Assembly: GCA_977030845.1 (NCBI GenBank)
Contig: OZ365109.1
Coordinates: forward strand, 26,350,001 to 26,414,000
From: Fimbriosthenelais zetlandica
Taxonomy: Eukaryota
Direction of reading: 5' to 3'
Length of the DNA: 64,000 nt
The notes beneath the pieces were generated by a model that worked only from the letters and a program-made list of their open reading frames with translations, was not told where the DNA came from and did not search any database. Of the stretch, positions 40,501 to 50,881 are shown in pieces (the stretch's first letter is position 1; the number at the start of each line of letters is the position of its first letter). Position numbers and translations under genes: made by a program.

Positions 40501-41837
40501 TTTATAATGAAATAACTAGAATTAATCGTTTACCATCGATTACAGTGGACTAGTAGATCTGCATTAAACTATATAGATTATATATTAGTACTGGGAGACT
40601 ACATATTTATTAGGGCCCCATAGAAAACATGAAAAGCATTTAGGAATTTTAGTAGTCCTGGACATTGGCAGCAAAGACATAGAAATGTCTCGATGAAGTG
40701 GAAGGGTAGGAGATGCAGACTGCTTGATTGCTAAGCAGGGCAGATGATGCCATCTGTGGCGACACAGTGAGGATGGCCGGCGAACTACATGCTAAGACAA
40801 AGCTTAGGCATTCTGAGGGTTCTGCTGCCACAGCCACAAAATGCTACTTACTTGCTTCTTTCTCTTTAGACTTTGAAGGGGCTAGCGAAATGAAATAATA
40901 CTGGTATTAATTTATAGTTTAGTTGAACTAAGGCTTCAGTATCACTGGTACTAATCTAACCAGATCTATACCACAAATCTATGGCGCCATCTGACGTTTT
41001 CGAAAGGAACGATCCGATACAGAAAGTTGTCACTCCTATATGATACGCTTTGAACAGTTGATGTATCAAATAAAAATTCGACATTCCCATGTGAATCCTT
41101 AAGAAGTCATTTCTCTAATACAGTTTGACATGATAATTATAGCCCTACAAGATGTCCAGAACTTGAAAAATGTCTATAGAAAAAGAACTATGCAAGAAAT
41201 TCCTACTCCAAAATCACATAACAGCCTTGGTTGGACAACTTTGTCATGATTCTCCATGGAATACATAAACTTTATACCTTTATTTATTATCAATGGAGAC
41301 ACATTAAAACATTACCGGTGTATATCCCTTATTAACTCATTGTATTAAAATTATATCATTATCTTGCAAAAATTAAATGGAACATCAAACTCCTAGGCCT
41401 ACCAAAAGAATAACCATGAATGTGAAAAAAGCATTTATGAAAAATGACCATGCTTATGAGATAGTCGTATGAAGCAACATAAAAAGCCATTCCATTACGT
41501 ACTAGCTCTACGTCCAATTGGGCATTACCAGCGGTATAATAATTTGTGACAATTGAAACACTGGTTGGGGGTATTAGATCCATCATTGTTATCAACTATC
41601 GCAAAAGGCGATAAACTGCAATATCTAAAGAATAAAAATATTAAGTCCATACAATTGAATGAATGGGGACTCATCCAATAATATCTCAAATCTGCTTCAT
41701 GCAAAATATTAAAAAAAAAATAAAAAAATTTTAGTTCACAATCCCAAATTAAAGTTTAAAACACTCGGGGTAGATATTGATAACATAGTCTAATGCATGA
41801 AAAATGGCGTCCCTGCATTCCCAATGCAAGTACTTAC

Positions 41838-41882
41838 TTGAGACGTTTTTCCCACCACCTGAACTCGGAGAGCTCGTAGTAG
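41838..41882 (-). CDS. Candidate 45-nt cassette exon of SMARCD (ATTSSPSSGGGKNVS, phase 1 to 1)
   Basis: Long pyrimidine tract ...ctctttctctttctccctgattgctatag, perfect donor CAA|gtaagt, frame-preserving and stop-free in the SMARCD frame; no homology support. Confidence 0.45.
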
Positions 41883-42754
41883 CTATAGCAATCAGGGAGA
41901 AAGAGAAAGAGTGAGATGAGGGAGGAAGGCCCACCACCGGAGATTGAGAGAAGGGCGAACTAGTCTAACAGAGTGTGACTTTAATCGTAAATTTAATCAA
42001 AATTCAGTTAAATATATACAAGTTATACTATTGCTTATATTCATGCATATTTCATGGATATAATCGTTCAGTTTATTTTTAATTATCTTAAAACGAATCA
42101 TTATTAATTGGACGAATTTTCTAGAGACATTGGGGGAAAATGATTAAAAAAGAATACCTTACTTTTTTCTTCATCTTCTTCCCTAAGTTATCACTCAATA
42201 AAACTTAGTTTAAAGTCAAACTCTGATGATATATATACCGGGTGTTTCTCGGTGAACAGAGTGCTTAAAGCTACAGGAGTGTACTCAGCGTGAGAATCAT
42301 TACTAGCACTGTTTATATCTAACATATCACAAGTTTATACTAAACACGCCCTCCCCAAAAAATATTGGCAATTGCCACCAATTATAGACCGTAACTCAAC
42401 CTTCATGGCAACAACCATGATTCTCTGATTGCAAAGACAACCAACGAGAATTATTTCTAAATGAAATAGGCAAGTTTTCACAGGTAAAGATGTGTGCAAA
42501 CCTGGTATTTTCACATTTTAAAACATGATTTGTCCGCGAAAAATAGTCTTTCCATTAGATTCCGCTACTAAGGCCCAAATACACTTTTTTTTTTATTTCG
42601 AACCTTTTCAGGAAGCTAAATGAAAAACGAACGGTCAACCGCTGCAGGTAGATGCCCGAAAATATGATCGATCTTAATATTCTTATTATAATTAGGGATG
42701 TGTCGTTGAAGCAATTATTAGAGATAATTGTTTTAAAGACATTAAAAAACTTAC

Positions 42755-42932
42755 CTGGAAATCCTTGGTGGTGTTGGGGTGGAGGTGGTGGGGGCATGCC
42801 TGGCTGGCCCATCCCCATCTGGTTGTGTGGAGGTCCCATCTGAGCTCGGACAGCCATCTGAGGCGTCATCTGGGGTCCCATCTGACCCATCTGGTGACCC
42901 ATGGGGTATCCCCCGACTGGCCTCGGTGGCCC
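42755..42932 (-). CDS. SMARCD: SMARCD exon 2 (GPPRPVGGYPMGHQMGQMGPQMTPQMAVRAQMGPPHNQMGMGQPGMPPPPPPQHHQGFP-G, phase 0 to 1)
   Basis: Acceptor ttttttcttcag, donor CAG|gtaagt; Pro/Gly/Met/Gln-rich like BAF60 N-termini; ORF track 42555-42953. Confidence 0.88.
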
Positions 42933-44057
42933 CTGAAGAAAAAAGATTTTCATAAGTGATTCTATTTAACATTGTCTTCAGCTCTGGATATGATCATATT
43001 AGCTGAAACAGATGTTTGTTGTAAACACAATGTGGCAGCACTGAGAGGGTCTCCGGACGGTACTGGAGGACATTGACCTTCCACAGTGCACTCAATCTTA
43101 TACATCAACATAAAATAAAGGGAGTTTACTGACTTCTGAATAGGTAATTATTTTCTAAGAGAAATACTTGCAATGTTTGAAGTTTAATCATTATATTAGA
43201 AGTTCAAGTATTTCAAATTTATAAAGGAAGATCTATTATAATTTAACTTTTCCATTTGGACGGTGACAAATTTTAGCAATCCAGAGATTGAAATATATGT
43301 CACAACCAGGCAGAATTATATATTGATATTTCCATCTAATTTATAATATTCTAAAAATGAATATATCTATAAATGCTGCTGGGTACTTGGATATATCTGT
43401 TGCCCAACTTTTAATGAACTTCTGCCCATGTCAATGTTACAATGCTCTATAATATTACCAATAAAATGGGCAATACACATAAGAAATAGATACAATAAAA
43501 TAGTGTGTATTGCGGTACGAAGGCATATTAATTCCTTATGGCTGTAGTCTATGCCATTACACAGGTATGCTGACGATGTTTTACAAAAGCCTAAGACACG
43601 GGAACTTCTGGCTCTTGGAGGCAGAAGACTAGATGCCAATATTTATAAATACAACCAGCAGTTAAGCGGGTATTTTAAACTGACTCCATGACCATGGCCA
43701 TCATCATTTACGTGTCTGAGAATGAAGGAGGCTCGGAGTCGGTTAGTGCAGGGGAGGCCAGACAGAATATTATCGTGACCTCATTTTAAATTAGGCATCC
43801 ATTTCTTGACATTACAACTCAATTCAATTTAAAACAGACTGTCGACAGTTTATATATCACGAAATTAGTGGAAATCGTTGCGTTTTATGGAGAGAAATGT
43901 GTTATGACGGCCAGTTTAGTACGCTTTGTTCTTGCAGGTGACGCAGTGGGTGCAAGCATCATCGATGGCGTCGGGTGGTGTTTTGATCGCGGATTTCACT
44001 TCATTATGAACAAATTCCCCACTAATTCTTACTCCATCGGACGGAGGACATACTTAC

Positions 44058-44126
44058 AGGATAACCAGCTTGTTGATATCGCGAGGCCATGGGTGGAGCG
44101 GGTGGGGGATACCTTTGTTGCTGCAT
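44058..44126 (-). CDS. SMARCD: SMARCD/BAF60 (Bap60) exon 1 (MQQQRYPPPAPPMASRYQQAGYP, phase 0)
   Basis: aaacATG at 44126 and perfect donor CCT|gtaagt. Resembles the recalled Drosophila Bap60 N-terminus (MSQRFAPGQAPVQSRYQPP). Recalled human SMARCD1 exon 1 also ends ...AYP in phase 0. Confidence 0.85.
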
Positions 44127-44233
44127 GTTTGGAGTCGGGTAGCCGGGCGGTCTGACGGCCATGATGAATCACGTTTAAATCACGCTCTCTCCGAGACTTC
44201 CGGTTGGGGACGAGACCACCAAAACAACTGGAG
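44127..44233. promoter_or_regulatory. Bidirectional promoter / 5' UTR interval between SMARCD and CDK5
   Basis: 107 bp between divergent ATGs; CpG-rich; ETS/GABP site ACTTCCGG at 44196-44203. Confidence 0.8.
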
Positions 44234-44270
44234 ATGCAGAAATATGAGAAATTGGAGAAAATCGGTGAAG
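44234..44270 (+). CDS. CDK5: CDK5 exon 1 (MQKYEKLEKIGE-G, phase 1)
   Basis: ATG at 44234; donor G|gtaaat at 44271. Confidence 0.98.
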
Positions 44271-44723
44271 GTAAATGCCCGTGATTAGAATTTCCATTTG
44301 CAATGCAGTAATTTATTGAGTCTCTTAATACTTAACCAGTAAGGATTCTCCTTAGTGGTGTAAATGGGTGTTATTTATCAGAAAATGATCCACTTTCCAA
44401 CCGGGCCAAGCACCAAGGCAAGCTAATCACAGAAAGAGACAGGCCACAGGGGGCGCACTGCACTGTGCTACCGTACTGCTGTTCAGTGAGCTACTCAGTC
44501 ATGTTGCGTCACGTGTACTAGGCCTAACTCATCTAACTAGGCCTAAATAATTCTAGTTCTAACCTTAGACGTAGTAATTGACAAAATCATTCAACAGTTA
44601 CTGTGCATTGCAAGCAAAATATTCGTCAACGAACATTGTCATTGTTTGACTTTCAATTTGTCTTTGATTTTTTCTTTGTTCACTTTCCTGTTGATCTCAA
44701 TTCCTCTTTCATCTGAATCCCAG

Positions 44724-44812
44724 GCACATATGGCACAGTGTTCAAAGCAAAGAATCGTGAATCCCACGAAATAGTTGCCCTGAAACGTGTGAGATTGGAT
44801 GACGATGATGAA
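44724..44812 (+). CDS. CDK5: CDK5 exon 2 (TYGTVFKAKNRESHEIVALKRVRLDDDDE)
   Basis: Acceptor atcccag, donor gtgagt; in frame. Confidence 0.98.
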
Positions 44813-45146
44813 GTGAGTAGGCCAACGATACACTACAGTACGGTACTTCAGTAGTCAGTTACCCCTAGTACAGTACCGGTAGTCAGTAGAATGGTTAGCA
44901 CACTAGGCCTAGGCTACAAGTATATTATAGGCCTAGGCCTACCGGTACTATTATTGGGCTATTAAATTTTATATACCGGTAGCTAATAGGGTTAACGTAC
45001 AGAGTAGACTAGAATATTTAATAAAGTTAATCGAGTAGGCCTACCCGGTATCAGGTAGGCCTACCGGTATGTCACTTAATCATAGAAAAAATTGTAATAC
45101 CGGTAATTCATTTTTTAATAATTCCCGGGTAATTAATATTTATTAG

Positions 45147-45214
45147 GGTGTGCCGAGTTCTGCTCTCCGCGAGATTTGTCTACTGAAGGAATTAAAACAC
45201 AAAAATATTGTCAG
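45147..45214 (+). CDS. CDK5: CDK5 exon 3 (GVPSSALREICLLKELKHKNIV-R)
   Basis: Acceptor ttattag, donor gtatgt; PSSALRE helix. Confidence 0.98.
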
Positions 45215-45306
45215 GTATGTCCATTCTTTCATATCATCATACTAGTTTATGTTAGGCTAATTCTCTTGGCTCCTGCTTTCTAAATACCTTATATACCTAG
45301 TCATTT

Positions 45307-45399
45307 TCAGCTCAACTTTATAGCCAGACACCATCGGCATAGCCATAGACATATATGGTGTCTGCATGGCAGTCTGGCCATATGATCAAGTTGAGCTGA
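45307..45399. mobile_element. MITE-like foldback in CDK5 intron 3
   Basis: Outer IR tcagctcaact/agttgagctga; inner IRs gccagac/gtctggc and cagacaccat/atggtgtctg. Confidence 0.55.
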
Positions 45400-45662
45400 G
45401 AAACACTATACTATTATAAGGCCTACCGTGTATATGAATAATATCTAGGGCCTACTGTATGCCAAGGCCTCTATGTAATGATAATGAAAATTAATTATAT
45501 GAATAATAAATAATTCTCTGCTAAGTGCTAGACTGTATTGTATTCTTAGCTGAATTTTATAAATATGTTTATAAACTTTTGTCTTTGTTTATAAGTATTT
45601 GCCTTTGTCGTTCCTGATTGGAAAATAACATATAGGCCTAATCCTATACTACCTTGTTTCAG

Positions 45663-45780
45663 ATTGCACGATGTTTTACATAGTGAGAAGAAACTAACAT
45701 TGGTGTTTGAATATTGTGACCAGGACCTGAAGAAATATTTTGACACGTGTAACGGCGAGATAGACCCCGATGTGGTCAAG
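45663..45780 (+). CDS. CDK5: CDK5 exon 4 (LHDVLHSEKKLTLVFEYCDQDLKKYFDTCNGEIDPDVVK)
   Basis: Acceptor ttgtttcag, donor gtaaag; hinge region. Confidence 0.98.
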
Positions 45781-45820
45781 GTAAAGTTAATTAAAAGTAA
45801 ACCATTACCTGTCACCTAGT

Positions 45821-45850
45821 GCTTAGAGTAAAATGAATTTTACTCTAAGC
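45821..45850. repeat. Perfect 14-bp hairpin in CDK5 intron 4
   Basis: gcttagagtaaaat-ga-attttactctaagc. Confidence 0.85.
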
Positions 45851-46001
45851 CTAATGTACCAGAAAATATTCCAAAATATATTTTTTATCACTGAAGGAAT
45901 TTTCTCTAGGTTCGCTAATGTAAGGATATATTCTGATTCTATAGTGTGAATAGTTATAATGATTATATTAATTATACTTACAAGTACATTGTTTTCACTG
46001 A

Positions 46002-46118
<117 letters not shown>

Positions 46119-46366
46119 TAATATTAACAATGACTACAAAAGTCGTAAGGTCTATAATAGTTAACTATAATTATTATTATATCACTGTCAAGGCACCGGT
46201 ACGTAAAATCCATCTATCAAATAAAATTCATGTTAATGTGAAAAATACACAGTGCTTTTTAGATTTCTATTTGCATGATTAAACATTTAAAATGGTTGTT
46301 TTTTCCATTTTAATCCAATTTAATATTTCTTACCCCCTGTTTTATTTGTATGTTTGTAAATTGTAG

Positions 46367-46538
46367 AATGGTGAGTTGAAGTTGGCTGACTTTGGTTTAG
46401 CGCGAGCGTTTGGTATCCCGGTGAGATGTTACTCAGCTGAAGTGGTCACCTTGTGGTACCGTCCGCCAGATGTCCTGTTTGGAGCTAAACTTTACTCCAC
46501 ATCCATTGATATGTGGTCTGCTGGCTGTATCTTTGCTG
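46367..46538 (+). CDS. CDK5: CDK5 exon 6 ([58 protein letters not shown])
   Basis: Acceptor ttgtag, donor gtgcgt; matches ORF-track 46376-46576. Confidence 0.99.
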
Positions 46539-46721
46539 GTGCGTGTACTTCATACCACTGCCAATGTGTCATATGACACAGAGATTAGATGTCATAGAGA
46601 TTAGGCTTACACTGATGGAAAATTTACATTATTCAACTATATTTCTCAAAGGAACTTGTGTAGATTCTAAGAAGTAATTTAGTTGCGTTACATTAAAGTG
46701 TGTAGTTTTGTGTTCATTCAG

Positions 46722-46852
46722 AATTAGCTAATGCTGGCCGACCCCTCTTCCCTGGTAATGATGTTGATGATCAGTTAAAGAGAATATTCAAGCTTCTCGG
46801 TACACCTACTGAAGATACATGGCCTGGTATGACACAATTACCTGACTATAAG
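46722..46852 (+). CDS. CDK5: CDK5 exon 7 ([43 protein letters not shown])
   Basis: Acceptor ttcattcag, donor gttggt. Confidence 0.98.
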
Positions 46853-47176
46853 GTTGGTACATGTATCAATTTTTTCATGATTTAATGACTTTGTGTTCAA
46901 ATTGGAAATTCTTGCACGATTGAGGTATACGCGGAATAATATTAAGTTTGAGAAATGTCATGCTCATGGTGTGAACTTTTATTATATTCATTTTAATAAT
47001 TGTAACATTTTTACTATAAATATAATGGTAGTGAACGGCCTGAAAATACCTTGTATTAGTGTATTGGTGTCAAAAAAATGTTTTAGAAAAAATGCCCTAA
47101 GAAGGTATTCCTGCTAAAGTTGTTGCATACAAAACCATCAACATAAATTGCACAAACGATCTGATATCTATTTCAG

Positions 47177-47257
47177 CCATATCCTATGTATCATGTAAAC
47201 GCTAACTGGCAGCAAGTCGTGCCCAAGCTGAACTCTAAGGGTAGAGAACTCCTGTTG
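47177..47257 (+). CDS. CDK5: CDK5 exon 8 (PYPMYHVNANWQQVVPKLNSKGRELLL)
   Basis: Acceptor tatttcag, donor gtatgt. Confidence 0.96.
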
Positions 47258-47516
47258 GTATGTCTTTTTTAACTGCCTTGAATTGCGCAGCGCTATTAAC
47301 TCGATTATAAAATGCCAGTTATTTCTCTTGCTGTATGTTGTAAGAGGCATTTAAATGAATAATCATCCCAGGCTATTGACGATTTTTTTTCTGAAATAGT
47401 ACATTATTATTTAATATACACATATGGACAAAATAATGTTTTATTGTGTCCTAGGCTGGTGAATATTTCCAAATCAATCCTATGTTGGCTTCAAGGTTCT
47501 GGGCTTCTATTTTCAG

Positions 47517-47615
47517 AATCTATTGGTCTGTAATCCGAGTAAACGTATGTCTGCTGAGGACGGCATGCAGCACATGTACTTCTCTGATCTGAATCCCGCT
47601 GTCAAACAGGGCTGA
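47517..47615 (+). CDS. CDK5: CDK5 exon 9 (NLLVCNPSKRMSAEDGMQHMYFSDLNPAVKQG*)
   Basis: Acceptor tattttcag; TGA at 47613-47615; kinase subdomain XI. Confidence 0.96.
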   Translation, partial: NLLVCNPSKRMSAEDGMQHMYFSDLNPAVKQG

Positions 47616-47988
47616 ATAGAATTCAACCTCTAAAATATCAGAAAAATACATACGTAAAACACAGACAACCTCTATTAATATAAGCGAATACCTGCAGTAC
47701 AGCCATTATGTGGCCATGCTTAGTCACCCCGCCGTTGTGTTTTAGAAGTATTCCTTGGTGGAATTTATCCATCTAGCTGTATATGAATTAGTTATAATGA
47801 AGAACTTACTAAGTGACGTTTATATGTTGTGTTACATATTATTACTATCATTTGTGGACGCAGTGGACTCCGGAAAAAAGAATCACGTCTTCTCCGAAAT
47901 TCTAGCCATTAAATACTTCCATTCAATTGAAAACATTTTAAAAGATCCTCGCATGGAATAGTTGTACAAAAATGTTTTTGTATCTTGT

Positions 47989-48300
47989 AATAAAATAGTC
48001 TCCATAATTATACCTTCAATTGTATGAAATGGTGAAAACCCAGAAGGAAAATTGTCACTACAATTTGTAAATGTTTTTCAGATAGCATGACAGAATTATG
48101 TATTGTGATTTTAGTGTATATTTATTGATGATGCCCTGTGTATTTGTATATCGTCTCGGATGTTGACTATATGGTTGATACTCTCTAATTTATGTACTTT
48201 CAAATATACAGAACATAAAAGTAAAAACACACAATCTTGTTGGTCTTAAATACTCTTTTTGACTCCTCTGGTTCCATATTGCAAAGCTAGATTAAATAAA
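47989..48300 (+). terminator. Candidate CDK5 polyadenylation signals (AATAAA 47989-47994 and 48295-48300)
   Basis: Canonical hexamers 0.4 and 0.7 kb after the stop in U-rich context; usage unverified. Confidence 0.45.
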
Positions 48301-48324
48301 TTCTAATATTGGTGTGACCTTAAA

Positions 48325-48378
48325 AATTGATCCCTTATAATATTTTCTAATAGTTAAGTTATTTATAAGGGATCAATT
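48325..48378. repeat. Perfect 16-bp inverted repeat with 22-bp spacer
   Basis: aattgatcccttataa ... ttataagggatcaatt. Confidence 0.85.
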
Positions 48379-48449
48379 AAAATAGTTAAATGTGTAAATT
48401 ATATCATATCAGAGGGCCTCCAGCTGCTGGACTAATCATGAACTGTTCA

Positions 48450-48830
48450 ATTGGTTAAAACGATCTTGTACAAAGATAATGAGGACTGCTGTATGGATGA
48501 AGGTACAATTCAACCATTGAGTGGAAATTACAGTTCTCCAGTTTATAAAGAGTTGCAGTGTCAAGTAATATATCTGTTCTCTTTCTGCTTACATAAAACA
48601 TATCCTCCTTCCCCCATAGCATCCTCACATCCCTATAAATACCTGATAAGATCTTGGCCACACCCAATTTTAAAAGAACCTTGCTACTGTGTTAATTCCT
48701 TCTTCAAACATCATATTAGTGCTAAATTGAGAGGAGAGATCTTCCCGCTTGCAAAAGTGCCTTGGTATGCATCAAGAGGGGGCGATAATATCAGTAGATT
48801 GAGAGTCACCTGAGAGCGTTTCATTGAGGA
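48450..48830 (-). mobile_element. Possible decayed LINE endonuclease fragment 3' of CDK5
   Basis: YRDVR/GEGGYVL/YVSRK across a frameshift resembles RxDRxxRGGGVxxYV. Confidence 0.25.
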
Positions 48831-49574
48831 AGTCATGAGTGTTTAGAACATGTCACTTCCTCACCAAGAAAAGTAAAGGCCACACCCTAATTTTTTTATT
48901 TTCTTAATTCTTTTCACCTACAAGAAGCTTGGTCAGCAGATATTTCACCCATCTGTATCAACTTCTAGAAGGAACTGACAAGCATATTTTGCCTTTTTAT
49001 TGAGTTATGATTATTCTTCCTCGAAACTTCCAATATTGTATTTATCCAGAGAGTCTTATATACAGATGAAATAAGTACTGTGAATGTTGAAATATCAGAA
49101 TATTATATGATTACAAAATTAAACTGGCCATGATTGTAGATAGTTTCTGAATTAATTACAAAAAGCTGGCATATATATAGGGGACTTTTCCCTGTCCATA
49201 TCCATGTTCATATAATACCTTAAATTTGCTTTCTGTTTTTCTTTCTCGGCTTATTTACTTGATGTATGCCTAATTTCACTTTTCTTCTATGGGAAGGCTT
49301 CTTCTGTAATAGAAAAGTAGGGTAACCTATGATGTCTGGAAAAGAGACCATTTCAAGCAGATAAGTTAAAGTCCAAACTGAACTACTTGTATTCCAAACT
49401 TGATTCCATGAGCCCTTATCAGTAGGCGAACACTGACAAACTGGTCGAAATCCCAAATCTTTCAACTCGTTCTTGAGTTTGCCAACATACCAAAAAAAGT
49501 ATAATTTGCACCATTTAAGGAAAACTGACAATTTTTAGCTCGAACAGAGTTCCAAAAAACAATATCTCTGTGTT

Positions 49575-49618
49575 CCAATCAGCTCTGACGTCAATTTCTC
49601 TGTGCCGGAAGTGAGTCA
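49575..49618. promoter_or_regulatory. Orphan housekeeping-type promoter: CCAAT + CRE + ETS + AP-1
   Basis: CCAAT 49575-79, TGACGTCA 49586-93, CCGGAAGT 49605-12 and TGAGTCA 49612-18 within 44 bp. Confidence 0.6.
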
Positions 49619-50593
49619 GGGTTGGGTCGTTGGCTGGGTGCAAGGTGCAATAGTGGCGAAAAGTATCCGTAAAAGTAACTATATCACGTTTTCTCAGAGA
49701 TTGTATTATGGACGTGATCCACAAGGTAGGGGAGTGATGGAAGGAGCTGCATGCGGAGATTATAATTATAAAGTTATGCGCTAGACAAAATTTACTTATA
49801 GTTTAGACTACATGTACATGTATTACAATCATAGGTTAATATCCAGTCACAATTTACATTAGGCCTATATCTATAATTAATTTGCAAATTTCTTATTTCG
49901 TTAACCCAACCATGCATATCCTTCAATCATTTAGTCATCCACCATTATGATAGTTCCAGGGTATCCAAAATATCTTGGGACCAAATACATTTGGCTCGGG
50001 GAAATCAAATTTCCCCTTTGATTTTACTTTGTAGCGTGCATTGGGCCTCTTTGGAAAAGATGAAATATATATAGGTCTTACTCATTTCAATGTTTTCAGT
50101 AAACCCACGTCTTGAATAAGCATCATGGTTAGAGTGAGAATTCTAAATTATTCCAGACGGTCAGACACACCCTAACCTTAGGGATACACTCTCTCACCCC
50201 AGTCTCGGTTCATACTTAACCCTTTTCACCACCTGCTATCTAGATCTTCTTTTAACACGCAGTTCTATCGCACAGTTTGAGTTGCCTCATGTTCTAGTCT
50301 GCACTCGCATCAGTTTTAGCAACCTGTAAAAAAGGACAATTTTTACTACTTAGAAATGTATTTACCAACAGATATCCCATGAAAACGATATCATTTGCTT
50401 TGGAGTAAGTTTACAGAAGTATTGCGCCGCATTACTATAGTGAGACAATTGGTGAGCCCCTTGGAGGCGTTTGTTCCAATATTTAGCCCAATGAATAATT
50501 TAGACTAATTATCCTATTTGTAACATTTTAAATTTGTTCCTATATGTAATTAGTATTAGTATTATTTAAAAAAGTTGATAGACTTCCACTCTT

Positions 50594-50881
50594 TGGTGCA
50601 CTATTTGTACTGGAAATTTTGTTGATTCTGGCCCCCCCCCCCCCCCCCCCGTCCTACGCCCAAACCCCACCCACCCCCATCCATCCCCTATTATTTATAA
50701 CGTTTTTTTCTTTTCATCCACTTAATATCTGGTGCACTATTTGCACTGGAAATATTGTTGATTCTGGTGCCCCCCACCCCCTCCCCACATCCATCCCCTA
50801 TTATTCATAACTTTTTTTTGCTTGTCTTCCACCGAAGCAATCTGGTAAACTATTTGCACTGGAAATTTTGTTGATTCTGGG
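50594..50881. repeat. Tandem repeat, about 2.3 copies of a 113-136 bp unit with a C19 run
   Basis: tggtgcactatttg(c/t)actggaaat(t/a)ttgttgattctgg recurs at 50594, 50730 and 50843. Confidence 0.85.

Noticed and set aside
40740-40996. CTCF-like words (ccacagatggca, gtcagatggcgc on -)
   Set aside because: Only the 3' half matches; cannot be distinguished from chance without a PWM
41359-41595. ORF with VELVRNGMAF, resembling SNase or C1q motifs
   Set aside because: Rest of either domain absent; no convincing splice signals
42158-42182. Possible minus-strand micro-exon G-KKMKKK resembling the BAF60 KKKK motif
   Set aside because: Weak acceptor, phase 1 to 0 breaks the frame to exon 3, and it lies upstream of the RKRPAP exon, the wrong order
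50594-50881. Repeat with variable spacers, superficially CRISPR-like
   Set aside because: Eukaryotic context, only three degenerate units, spacers are themselves homologous, no cas genes
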